A stretch of 64,000 bases of DNA. It comes from a virus. Taxonomy: Duplodnaviria; Caudoviricetes. The translations under genes were made by a program, and so were the position numbers. Below are positions 9,562 to 18,581 of the stretch, piece by piece. The stretch's first letter is position 1, and each line of letters begins with the position of its first letter. The stretch lies in the IMG/VR virus record IMGVR_UViG_3300031994_000022. One strand, given 5' to 3'. The notes below the pieces were generated by a model. The model ran no database searches. It had not been told where the DNA came from and worked only from the letters and a program-made list of their open reading frames with translations.

Positions 9562-9727
9562 TATTTTTGGTCACACTGGTGGCAGTTTTGCTGGACTGGT
9601 TTATCATCCGGAAGGACTTTCACCAACAATAAATACTGCACAAGGTGGTTTAAGAATGCCGTTAATAATTGAGGAACAAAATGGAAGAAATAAAGATAAA
9701 ACAAGCAACCAAACAAGGTTGGATTGA
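9536..9727 (+). CDS. MTase variable-region (TRD-like) mini-ORF
   Basis: LGSIFG...GLVYHPEGLSPTINTAQGGLRMPLIIE; GAGG RBS. Confidence 0.7.
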   Translation: MLDVMRLGSIFGHTGGSFAGLVYHPEGLSPTINTAQGGLRMPLIIEEQNGRNKDKTSNQTRLD

Positions 9728-10115
9728 AATGGTATCGGGGGGGGTAGCGGATCTTAGTTTTCCTACTAGTAAAACAAGAAGAGGTCGAGTTGAAGAAAAA
9801 GGTAATATTGCCCCAACCATAACCACAACAGGAGGATTATATAAAATGGATTACGATAAAGAAGAATTTATAAAAAAGCTTAGGATAAGAAAGCTTATAC
9901 CTGAAGAATGCTTTATTCTTATGGGTATGACTGCTGAAGATTGTATTAAATGTAGAGAACTAGGAGTAAGTAATTCTCAACTTTATAAACAAGCTGGGAA
10001 TGGACTTATAACTAACTGTGTGCAGTTAATAATGGAACATCTCCGTAAAGCAACGAAAGATAGTGATTATATAACTTTAGATGAAAAGATGATAAACAAT
10101 GGATATGGAATTTAA
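9681..10115 (+). CDS. C5-MTase C-terminal part (one TRD-like unit + motifs IX-X)
   Basis: KQATKQG...SKTRRGRV...APTITT; RIRKLIPEECFILMG (IX), QLYKQAGNG (X); GAGGA RBS. Confidence 0.88.
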   Translation: MEEIKIKQATKQGWIEMVSGGVADLSFPTSKTRRGRVEEKGNIAPTITTTGGLYKMDYDKEEFIKKLRIRKLIPEECFILMGMTAEDCIKCRELGVSNSQLYKQAGNGLITNCVQLIMEHLRKATKDSDYITLDEKMINNGYGI

Positions 10116-10162
10116 GCCTCAACCTGTTGGTGGTGATTATGTTTCAATGATAGCGGAGATTT

Positions 10163-10411
10163 ATGATGAATACACACAAAATAATTAAAGTTGGTAACTG
10201 TTCTACTGGAAATTCTGAAGGCGGAATGGTTTATTCCCCAGAGGGAATATCTCAAATTATAACTGCAGGAACACATGGCTATGGAATGGGGAATATCATT
10301 ATTAACGATCGCGGTTTTGTAAATAAATCACCTCAAATATCATACGGAATATGTCCCACACTACGTGCGGAAAATCATGGTAATTTACCGAAGGTGATAG
10401 TAAATGAGTAA
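10163..10411 (+). CDS. Double TRD-like mini-ORF
   Basis: GMVYSPEGISQIITAGTHG...GICPTLRAENHGNLPKVIV. Confidence 0.7.
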   Translation: MMNTHKIIKVGNCSTGNSEGGMVYSPEGISQIITAGTHGYGMGNIIINDRGFVNKSPQISYGICPTLRAENHGNLPKVIVNE

Positions 10412-10559
10412 TGAAATAATAATTTTAGGTAACTATATGAAAAGCAATCATGATGCAAGTCGCATAGTTGACGTGAGAGGGGTGGCTCCTTGTGTTAAAG
10501 AAAATCATGGAACCGTAACGGCTGTAGTAGTAGAGGAGAATGATAAAAATGATAATTGA
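10404..10559 (+). CDS. TRD-like mini-ORF (absent from ORF track)
   Basis: MSNEIIILGNYMKSNHDASRIVDVRGVAPCVKENHGTVTAVVVEENDKNDN; AAGGTG RBS. Confidence 0.65.
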   Translation: MSNEIIILGNYMKSNHDASRIVDVRGVAPCVKENHGTVTAVVVEENDKNDN

Positions 10560-10722
10560 TATCTTATATGCCAATAGATCCCCCAGGATATATAAAGACT
10601 ATTCTCCAACTATACGAAGTGAAAGGATTGGTTTGTTAGTAATAAATGAAAATATTCAAATGTCTAAGATACCAAAGAACAGAATATGCGAAGAAGATTC
10701 GCAAGCAGTACGAAGCTCATGA
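10540..10722 (+). CDS. TRD-like mini-ORF
   Basis: LYANRSPRIYKDYSPTIRSERIGLLVI; GAGGAG RBS. Confidence 0.65.
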   Translation: MIKMIIDILYANRSPRIYKDYSPTIRSERIGLLVINENIQMSKIPKNRICEEDSQAVRSS

Positions 10723-10840
10723 AATAGAAGAACGCCGTTGTAATATGCGTGAGTACGGATTAAGAAACGATGGTTGCTGCAATACAATTACTGGCGTATT
10801 GAAAGATAACTACATATTAGTAATAGATGATGAAATTTGA
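10646..10840 (+). CDS. TRD-like mini-ORF
   Basis: RTEYAKKIRKQYE...RNDGCCNTITGVLKDNYILVI. Confidence 0.65.
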   Translation: MKIFKCLRYQRTEYAKKIRKQYEAHEIEERRCNMREYGLRNDGCCNTITGVLKDNYILVIDDEI

Positions 10841-11052
10841 ATTTTATAAGCGGAGGGCAGTGTATGTATTGCGAAGTAGGAAGATTTTACAGTTATACAG
10901 AGGAAGATTGCAAGTTATTACAAGCTGCAATTGAAGGTGTAGGTTATGAATTGTGTTATCAGCCAGATGGAGATATATCAATAATGAGTATTGCTGATGA
11001 ACCAGAGGAGCATAATGATGTCGATAATATAATAGATTTTGGAGATTTTTAA
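10837..11052 (+). CDS. Hypothetical protein
   Basis: GGAGG RBS before internal ATG at about 10864. Confidence 0.55.
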   Translation: MNFISGGQCMYCEVGRFYSYTEEDCKLLQAAIEGVGYELCYQPDGDISIMSIADEPEEHNDVDNIIDFGDF

Positions 11053-11053
11053 T

Positions 11054-11566
11054 ATGGGTATGCATTTGATTTTTTTAGATGTAGACGGAGTTTTAAATAA
11101 TGATTATACACTAGATCGTTGTGGTCAATATATTGGAATAGACGATAAGTACGTAGCAAATCTCCGTAAAATTGTTGATTCTACCGAGGATTGCCGAATA
11201 ATACTCTCGTCCACATGGAGACTTGGTCTAACACGACGTAAAGAACAGTTAGAAGGGCATGTAGATTATCTGAATAATAAGTTGGCAAAACAAGGTTTGG
11301 AAATATATGATGTCACACCAGACCTCGGTTGGTATCACAAGTGTCGTGGCGAAGAGATTCATAGGTGGTTAGAAGATCACAAGGATTTAAATGTAGAATC
11401 GTGGGTGGTTTTAGATGACGAGTGCTTCCCGGATTTTCAGGAATATGGCATTTGGCAACATTGGGTATCTACAGATTACGATTCTCCAAATGGTGGACTA
11501 AACGACGATAAAGTAGAAGAAGCTATAAGAGTTTTAAAAGGAGGAGTACCAAATGACTTTAGGTAG
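11054..11566 (+). CDS. HAD-superfamily phosphatase (Swiss-army-knife RNA-repair-like HAD)
   Basis: IFLDVDGVLN, ILSSTWR, RGEEI..WL, VVLDD, GL. Confidence 0.85.
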   Translation: MGMHLIFLDVDGVLNNDYTLDRCGQYIGIDDKYVANLRKIVDSTEDCRIILSSTWRLGLTRRKEQLEGHVDYLNNKLAKQGLEIYDVTPDLGWYHKCRGEEIHRWLEDHKDLNVESWVVLDDECFPDFQEYGIWQHWVSTDYDSPNGGLNDDKVEEAIRVLKGGVPNDFR

Positions 11567-11801
11567 TTTGTTAGAAAGATTGGATAGAAGCTTTCCGGAA
11601 ATAATATATAAGACGGTAGTCAACCTTCCTGATGAAGGTTATAAAGACATATCAATCGGTTCTTGTTATTATTCACACTATCCATTTCCAAAATTAGAAC
11701 CGCTAGATAAAAAAGATTATTCGTTTGATGATGAAATATATGATTATGTAGTTACAAATGAGACCTTGATTGTTTGGTATCGGACTGAGAGGATAAAGTA
11801 A
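11553..11801 (+). CDS. Hypothetical protein
   Basis: AGGAGG RBS. Confidence 0.65.
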   Translation: MTLGSLLERLDRSFPEIIYKTVVNLPDEGYKDISIGSCYYSHYPFPKLEPLDKKDYSFDDEIYDYVVTNETLIVWYRTERIK

Positions 11802-12268
11802 TGGATGGAATATTAAAGCAACTTAAAAACTGTGATGAAAAAACTATAAAAGAAGTATCTCGATACTGTGATGAATATTTTTATAATCAACGTAAAGAAA
11901 AACAGGACGAAAAATATGCTGACAATCAGCAATATGTTGGCAAATGTTATGAACTGAACACAAAGAAAGGTAAAAGATATTATAAGGTAATTTCAATTAA
12001 AGGTAGTAATCAATTTAGAGTATCTTGTCTTGTATTTGACGAAAAACCATCAGCGAAATTTTCCCCTTCGATTTCTAAAATTCATTTATATCACGAAAAT
12101 GAAGGTCTTATAGATTTTAAAAGTATTGATGTGGAAAGCGTTATGATAAAGAAGACTTTTATGTGCGTATCCATAGAAGATATGACAGAGATTAGTGAGG
12201 GCGAATGGCGATATGCTCTTCAGAGATATATAGATCAGTTGATGGATTTTGATTGGAGTAAAGTATGA
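11801..12268 (+). CDS. Hypothetical protein
   Basis: TAATG coupling, GAGG RBS. Confidence 0.65.
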   Translation: MDGILKQLKNCDEKTIKEVSRYCDEYFYNQRKEKQDEKYADNQQYVGKCYELNTKKGKRYYKVISIKGSNQFRVSCLVFDEKPSAKFSPSISKIHLYHENEGLIDFKSIDVESVMIKKTFMCVSIEDMTEISEGEWRYALQRYIDQLMDFDWSKV

Positions 12269-12741
12269 TAAAACCAGCAGCAAATTATGCAATAGAAATA
12301 GAAGGTTTATATAATGAAAAGATGTATGACATATCTTCTTTTTATTATATAGGGAATGAAGAAAACTATCCGATAGTATTATCCAATAACGAAGAACAAT
12401 CGGGTAGATATAGCTGGGCTGTTTTAGATAATGAAAAAGTCATTGGTTATATTGATTATTGGATAGATTGGACTACTAGATGTGCAAGTAGTTTTGGTAT
12501 GTACTGCTTTGATGAAAGTAACCCAGTTTTCGGATTAGCCATTAGAGATGTGATGAAGATGCTAATCGAAGAATATAGGCTTCATCGTATTGAATGGCGA
12601 ATGATTAGTGGTAATCCTGTACAAAAACATTATGATAAGTTCTGTGAGAAGTATGGTGGAAACAGAGTGATATTACATGATATTTGCAAGGATAGGTATG
12701 GAAAATTTCATGATGAATACATCTATGAGATTATACAATAA
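12265..12741 (+). CDS. GNAT-family acetyltransferase-like protein
   Basis: VIGYI..., LHRIEW..ISGNPVQKHYDKF..KYGG, RimJ/RimL-like pattern. Confidence 0.65.
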   Translation: MIKPAANYAIEIEGLYNEKMYDISSFYYIGNEENYPIVLSNNEEQSGRYSWAVLDNEKVIGYIDYWIDWTTRCASSFGMYCFDESNPVFGLAIRDVMKMLIEEYRLHRIEWRMISGNPVQKHYDKFCEKYGGNRVILHDICKDRYGKFHDEYIYEIIQ

Positions 12742-12840
12742 AATTGTTGTTTTATGGGAGAGTAATAATCAATATGTAGTGGTTGTTAGCAGTATTTAAC
12801 TACTATATATCGTATGCATAGGAAGGAGATTTCTGTTAAT

Positions 12841-13023
12841 ATGGGTAAAATAATTCGAGTAGGAAAAATTGATTTTGATTCATCTAGAGATGTGGATAAG
12901 ATAGAAAAAATCCTAGAAGAAAATGGATACGTAGTTGCATCTAGTGGTGATTATCGTCTTGAGATTCTTAGATATAAAGATAAGGATGATGAAATTAAAT
13001 TACCAGATCCGTTAGTATTTTAA
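12841..13023 (+). CDS. Hypothetical protein
   Basis: AAGGAG RBS. Confidence 0.6.
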   Translation: MGKIIRVGKIDFDSSRDVDKIEKILEENGYVVASSGDYRLEILRYKDKDDEIKLPDPLVF

Positions 13024-13037
13024 AAGCAAGGAGATTT

Positions 13038-16000
13038 TTGTTAATGCAAAACATTCATAAACATAGTTATTATTCAAATCTATATTCAGTCGATGCTTTA
13101 CCATCATATGAAGATTACGCTAAAAGAGCTAAGGAACTAGGTCACAAAGTTCTTAGCTCTGTTGAGCATGGGTGGCAAGGTTATTACCATCAAGTTTACG
13201 AAATTGCCAAACAGTATGACCTTAAATGTGTTATAGGAACTGAAGCGTATTGGGTTAAAGACAGGCATGAACAGGATAAAAGCAATCATCACATTGTAAT
13301 TTGTGCAAAATCTAATATGGGGCGAGAAGCAATAAATGATATTCTTTCTGAAGCCAATATATCTGGATATTATTATCGACCAAGGGTTGACTTAGAATTA
13401 CTTATGTCTTTACCTCCTAAAGATGTTTTTCTAACTTCAGCGTGTATTGCTTTCGGTGGATATGAAGATATTGATTCTATAATAAAACAGTTTCACGATT
13501 ATTTTGGTGAGAATTTTATGTTGGAGATTCAAGCACACAACACGCCTAAGCAGATAGCTTGGAATTCTCATTTATTGGAATTGTCGAAAAAATGGGGGAT
13601 TGAATTATTTGCAGGTATCGATTCCCACTACATATATCCACAAGATAATGTTCTTCGTGATGATCTCCTTGCGTCAAAAGGTATTCATTATGATGATGAA
13701 GAAGATTGGTTTATGGATTATCCTGATGATACTGTGTTGATGAATAGATTTATACAACAACAAATCTTCCAAAACGATGAAATTACTAGAGCTATGAACA
13801 ATTCTAATATAGCTTTAGATTTTTGCGATTATGACGGAGTACGTATATTCACCAAAGACATAAAGCTCCCTTCGTTGTATCCTAATAAATCACAAGAAGA
13901 AAAGAACCAAATATATTCTGATTTAATTCATAATAAACTTGAAGAATATCTTATTAATGTGCCAGAAGAAAGAAAACAAGAATACAGAGATGGAATTGAT
14001 TCGGAGATACAAACTTATATTGATACTGGAATGGTCGATTATCCTCTTCTTGATTATGCTATTGTTAATAGAGCTATAGATAAAGGTTGTCTTGTCACAT
14101 CTACAGGAAGAGGTTCTGCTGTAGGATATTTTACAAATACATTATGTGGATTTTCTAAGGTTGATAGATTTACATCAGCTATTAAATTATATCCCGAAAG
14201 GTTTATCTCAACCACGAGAATTCTTGAAACAAAGTCTCTTCCAGATATTGATTTAAATACGGGAACTCCGGACATTTTAGAAGAGGCACAAAAAGAGGTG
14301 ATGGGAGAAGGACATGCGGCTCCTATGTTGGCATTTGGTACACTCAAGAAAAAATCAGCTTTTAAGATTTACGCTAAATCACAAAATATGGAATTTGAAT
14401 TAGCAAATAAAATCTCTGAGCAAATATCAAAGTATGATGAAACGGTTAAATTAGCGGAAGATGATGAAAAAGATGATATAAAAATTGAAGATTACGTGGA
14501 TAAAAAATATCTGCCGTATCTTGATCAGAGTGCAAAATATTGGGGTATTGTTTCAGATAAGAAAAAAGCTCCCTCTGCATATCTTTTATATGATGGAGAT
14601 ATACGTAGAGAAATTGGTTTGATTAAATGTAAAAGCGAATCGACAAAAAAAGAATACATAACTTGTTGTATTGATGGAGCAATAGCTGAAAATTACAAGT
14701 TTCTAAAAAATGATATTCTTAAAGTTGATGTTGTATTACTTATTGCTAAAGTATTTCAAAGAATTGGCATAGATTCATTTAACGTTAATGAGTTAATAAA
14801 AAAAGTTACTGTAGATGAAAAGGTCTGGGATCTATATGCTAAAGGTTATACACTTGGACTTAATCAAGTAGAAAAAGAAGGCAGTACAAAAAAATGTATG
14901 AACTATAAACCACACAACGTATCTGAACTTAGTGCTTTTGTTGCTGCTATTAGACCTGGTTTTAAATCTATGTATGATAAGTTTGAACAAAGAGTAGATT
15001 TTAAATGGGGGATTCCATCATTAGACAATCTTCTTAGAACTAAAGAGCTACCTGTATCTTTTTTATTTTTTCAAGAACAAGTTATGTCTGTTCTTAATTA
15101 TGCTGGATTTCCTATGGATGAATGTTACGGAATAATCAAAGCTATTGCAAAAAAACATCCCGAAAAGGTCAAACCTTTAAAGGAAAAATTTATTGTCGGA
15201 TTTAAAAATAAACTTATTGAAACTGAAAACCTATCAGAGGATGTAGCTCAAAAAAATGCTGAAAGAGTATGGATTATTATAAATGATAACTGTGGATATG
15301 GATTTAATTCCTCGCATGCATTTTGTATGGCATTAGATTCTTTATATCAAGCATGGCAAAAGGCTAATTATCCATATGAATTTTACGAAGTTTTGTTAAA
15401 TCATTATTCTGAAAAAGGCAATAAAGCTAAGGTTGCTGCTCTTAAACAAGAAATGAAGATAGCTTTTAATATTCAATCAGGTGTGTATAAATTTGGTAAA
15501 GATAATAGAGGATTTGTAGCAGATAAAAATAATAATGTGATATATCCATCCATGAAAGCTATTAAAGGATTTAATAATCAAATTTCGGAGGAATTATACA
15601 CACTATCCCAGTCTCGTGTGTATGATAACTTCATTGATCTCCTTATAGACATTACTGAGAAAACATCCTGTAATTCTCGTCAGCTCGACATACTTATTAA
15701 ACTTGATTATTTTTCCGAGTTTGGCGAAGCTAATGAGTTAACCTACATTATGGATATATTTAACCGTTTGTATGTTAAAGGCAAGGGCTTTAAATCAAAT
15801 ATAAAACAATCAAAACTTGGACTAGATTACCAATATATTCAAGAATATTGTACAGAATTTAAACCAGCAGAGGTTAAGGAAGTTAATATAGATGCTATAG
15901 CAACTGCCATAACTGATTCTGATCGCCAACAAAAGTATTGGGAGATAGTTGAACAGTGTAAAAAGCATAAGAAGACCGGTGAGTTTAATGGTTATAACTA

Positions 16001-16493
16001 TGAAAAGTTATTTAAGCTGACCGAAATGCCTGAAGATATTAAGCAGAGGTTTGCCACTAAAACATCCGAAGCAGAATATAAAGGATTAGATGCATATAAA
16101 CTATTGACGAATATTAAATATAATGGTAATATATGTAGTGTTAAGGAGAAAATTAAATATCAACAAGAATATCTGTCATATATAGATTATACCGACCCAT
16201 CGTTAGATAAGAGATATATTGTGGTAACCAACCTTGACACGAAGTACTCGCCAAAGTTTGTAGCGTACTGCCTTAACAATGGTAAGACATGTCCAATGAA
16301 AGTGCGGAAGAATAAGAAGGGTAGAGATTGGAATGTTAAAACTACTTATAAAGACACACCATTTCAGGAAGGAGACATAATACAGATGCTTTCCTGTAAA
16401 CAAGAACCAAAAGCTAAGAAGGTAGATGGTGAGTGGGTGAGAGATTACAAAGATAAAGAATGGTGGTGTTATGAATATGTTGTAAAAGGATAA
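13038..16493 (+). CDS. dnaE: DNA polymerase III alpha subunit (family C)
   Basis: PHP domain H.HS.YS, EHG, DSHY; GRGSAVG, PERF, LPDIDL, KNDIL, RPG, QEQVM, YGFNSSHA. Confidence 0.95.
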   Translation: MLMQNIHKHSYYSNLYSVDALPSYEDYAKRAKELGHKVLSSVEHGWQGYYHQVYEIAKQYDLKCVIGTEAYWVKDRHEQDKSNHHIVICAKSNMGREAINDILSEANISGYYYRPRVDLELLMSLPPKDVFLTSACIAFGGYEDIDSIIKQFHDYFGENFMLEIQAHNTPKQIAWNSHLLELSKKWGIELFAGIDSHYIYPQDNVLRDDLLASKGIHYDDEEDWFMDYPDDTVLMNRFIQQQIFQNDEITRAMNNSNIALDFCDYDGVRIFTKDIKLPSLYPNKSQEEKNQIYSDLIHNKLEEYLINVPEERKQEYRDGIDSEIQTYIDTGMVDYPLLDYAIVNRAIDKGCLVTSTGRGSAVGYFTNTLCGFSKVDRFTSAIKLYPERFISTTRILETKSLPDIDLNTGTPDILEEAQKEVMGEGHAAPMLAFGTLKKKSAFKIYAKSQNMEFELANKISEQISKYDETVKLAEDDEKDDIKIEDYVDKKYLPYLDQSAKYWGIVSDKKKAPSAYLLYDGDIRREIGLIKCKSESTKKEYITCCIDGAIAENYKFLKNDILKVDVVLLIAKVFQRIGIDSFNVNELIKKVTVDEKVWDLYAKGYTLGLNQVEKEGSTKKCMNYKPHNVSELSAFVAAIRPGFKSMYDKFEQRVDFKWGIPSLDNLLRTKELPVSFLFFQEQVMSVLNYAGFPMDECYGIIKAIAKKHPEKVKPLKEKFIVGFKNKLIETENLSEDVAQKNAERVWIIINDNCGYGFNSSHAFCMALDSLYQAWQKANYPYEFYEVLLNHYSEKGNKAKVAALKQEMKIAFNIQSGVYKFGKDNRGFVADKNNNVIYPSMKAIKGFNNQISEELYTLSQSRVYDNFIDLLIDITEKTSCNSRQLDILIKLDYFSEFGEANELTYIMDIFNRLYVKGKGFKSNIKQSKLGLDYQYIQEYCTEFKPAEVKEVNIDAIATAITDSDRQQKYWEIVEQCKKHKKTGEFNGYNYEKLFKLTEMPEDIKQRFATKTSEAEYKGLDAYKLLTNIKYNGNICSVKEKIKYQQEYLSYIDYTDPSLDKRYIVVTNLDTKYSPKFVAYCLNNGKTCPMKVRKNKKGRDWNVKTTYKDTPFQEGDIIQMLSCKQEPKAKKVDGEWVRDYKDKEWWCYEYVVKG

Positions 16494-16503
16494 AATTAAA
16501 CAC

Positions 16504-16532
16504 TTGCAATATTATTACAAATGTGTTACAAT
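16504..16532 (+). promoter_or_regulatory. sigma-A-type promoter
   Basis: TTGCAA-17 nt-TACAAT with extended TG. Confidence 0.7.
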
Positions 16533-16627
16533 AATTATGTAGAGGTTCTAATTTTTCGATAGGAGTAAAAGTGACGATATAGTTCGCTGAACTAAACAAT
16601 AACAAATACGAATGGAGAAGAATTATT

Positions 16628-17452
16628 ATGAAAAACATTATAGTAACTGTAGTGTGCTTTGTGGCAACTTGTTGTCTCATAGCTGGTGTAGCAAGACATT
16701 CCTTCGATGCGAACGAAGAAATGTCGGATCGAGTCGCTGCCTTAGAGCAGCAGAATAAGGAACTTAAAGACGAATTGAATTCAGTAACTGATGCAATGTA
16801 TATTCAACAAGCTTCTGACACAGATGCGCTAGTTGAGGTGAAGGATGAAATTAAACAACTAGATAAATCTATAGATGAAGTGGACGAAAAAATACAGCCT
16901 CTTATTACTGAAGAACAGACTACGGAAGAAGAAGTTACAACAGAAGAAAAGAGTGATATCCGAGAGGATGAATTGGTAGCGTTTGCAGCCGATGACATTA
17001 AAGATACTGCAGCGTATACCCAAATGACTTTCGCTGCTGTCAGAGGCGATGAAGAGAATAATACCGATCCGGTTAAAGAAGAGATAACTCCTTGGAAAAT
17101 ATACGAGGAAGAAACACCCATACCGAAGGTTAATCCGCCGATGGAGAGTCATCTTACTAAGCAAGCAGGTGTCTTTCCCGGTCCCTCTGGCAAAGAAACT
17201 TATTACAATCTTAATATGAGTGGGGTAATAAGTATCATGCGTAGTATGGGGTATGATGAAGCCACATACCCATACTGGGTAAGAGATGACGGTGTCAAAA
17301 TGTTTGGCGACTATGTGATGGTCGCTGCTGAATTATCATCCAGACCTAAAGGAACAATACTCGAGTGTTCTCTCGGAACGGCAATGGTTGTGGATACTGG
17401 AGGATTCGCTGCTAGTAATCCTACACAGTTGGACATCGCGGTTGCGTGGTAA
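16628..17452 (+). CDS. Exported protein with 3D-domain-like (cell-wall glycan) C-terminus
   Basis: Signal/TM segment, coiled coil, acidic linker, VMVAA...PKGT...SLG.AMVVDTGG...LDIAVAW. Confidence 0.7.
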   Translation: MKNIIVTVVCFVATCCLIAGVARHSFDANEEMSDRVAALEQQNKELKDELNSVTDAMYIQQASDTDALVEVKDEIKQLDKSIDEVDEKIQPLITEEQTTEEEVTTEEKSDIREDELVAFAADDIKDTAAYTQMTFAAVRGDEENNTDPVKEEITPWKIYEEETPIPKVNPPMESHLTKQAGVFPGPSGKETYYNLNMSGVISIMRSMGYDEATYPYWVRDDGVKMFGDYVMVAAELSSRPKGTILECSLGTAMVVDTGGFAASNPTQLDIAVAW

Positions 17453-17474
17453 AGAAAAAAGGAGAAAATTAAAC

Positions 17475-18002
17475 GTGAAAATAATCGCAATCTCTGGCAA
17501 GGCTGAATCAGGTAAGGACACCACCGCCAGAGCAATAAAAGATAAATTAGAACCTATGGGGTATAAGGTGCTCATATGCCATTATGCCGACTTACTAAAA
17601 TACATATGTAAAACATTCTTTAATTGGAATGGTAAGAAAGACGATGAAGGAAGAACACTTTTACAAAAAGTAGGTACGAATACCATACGTGAGAAATATC
17701 CGGAGTATTGGGTGGATTTCATAAAACAGGTGTTGGATTTCTTTCCACATGAATGGGATTTTGTACTAATTCCAGACTGTCGATTTCCGAATGAAATTGA
17801 GAGTATGAAAATCGATGGATGGAACATTAAATCTGTAAGGATTGAAAGACCAAATTTTGAGAATCATTTAAGTGCAGAACAAAGACTACACCCCAGTGAA
17901 ACTGCCTTGGATGATTACGAATTTGATTATTATTTAACTAATCCAGGAAACCTATCTGGATTATCTAAAGAGGTTGATGATTTAATAAAAAATATCATAT
18001 AA
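17475..18002 (+). CDS. Deoxynucleoside monophosphate kinase
   Basis: ISGKAESGKDT P-loop, R.LLQ.VGT, PDCRFPNE, HPSETALD; GTG start with AAGGAG. Confidence 0.88.
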   Translation: MKIIAISGKAESGKDTTARAIKDKLEPMGYKVLICHYADLLKYICKTFFNWNGKKDDEGRTLLQKVGTNTIREKYPEYWVDFIKQVLDFFPHEWDFVLIPDCRFPNEIESMKIDGWNIKSVRIERPNFENHLSAEQRLHPSETALDDYEFDYYLTNPGNLSGLSKEVDDLIKNII

Positions 18003-18077
18003 CAACCTAAGTTTGCGAGAGCACGTTTTGGGGAATATTTCGGTTGATGATTTAATAAAAAATATCATATAACAACC
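17972..18077. repeat. Exact 36-bp direct repeat x2 separated by 34 bp
   Basis: GGTTGATGATTTAATAAAAAATATCATATAACAACC at 17972-18007 and 18042-18077. Confidence 0.9.
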
Positions 18078-18146
18078 CCTTGATTTTTTTCATTGGGTGG
18101 TGTCTTCAGATGCCACCCTAAATACTAAAAGGAGAAAAAAGAAAAA

Positions 18147-18350
18147 ATGGATCAATTAAAGCACATATTAGAATGCATGCTTATAGATTGCGATTACAAC
18201 AATGAATATGTTGATGCGATAGATGTCATAGACAATATCTTAAACGTCATAGACACTGCTATAACCAATGATTCAGTTTGTTGCAAGGTCACAATAGAAA
18301 GATTGCAGAACATTATTAAAGAATACGAGGGTATCGCTGATGAAGATTAA
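18147..18350 (+). CDS. Hypothetical protein
   Basis: AAGGAG RBS. Confidence 0.6.
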   Translation: MDQLKHILECMLIDCDYNNEYVDAIDVIDNILNVIDTAITNDSVCCKVTIERLQNIIKEYEGIADED

Positions 18351-18567
18351 GTTTAGAAATATAGATCAAATAGAAAAATTCTGTAACATTGCGTCAAAGT
18401 ATGGCAATGTTATTGTTTCTAATGGCTCAATTTCTGTAGACGGAGAATCTATAGTTGGGCTTACGGCATTAGGACTTAACAAGGTTTTTGACGTGCTGTT
18501 TACAGATAGTGATACACGGGTACAGTTTGAGTCAGAGGTAACTGCACTTGGAATAGTAAGAGAATAG
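18340..18567 (+). CDS. HPr-like protein lacking the His15 region
   Basis: F.NIASKY...VDGESIVGL.AL matches the HPr Ser46 region. Confidence 0.7.
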   Translation: MKIKFRNIDQIEKFCNIASKYGNVIVSNGSISVDGESIVGLTALGLNKVFDVLFTDSDTRVQFESEVTALGIVRE

Positions 18568-18581
18568 AAAGGGATGAAAGA

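Noticed and set aside
16540-16627. c-di-AMP (ydaO) riboswitch before the cell-wall protein
   Set aside because: Only a CGCTGAA fragment and one hairpin; too short and missing the other conserved elements
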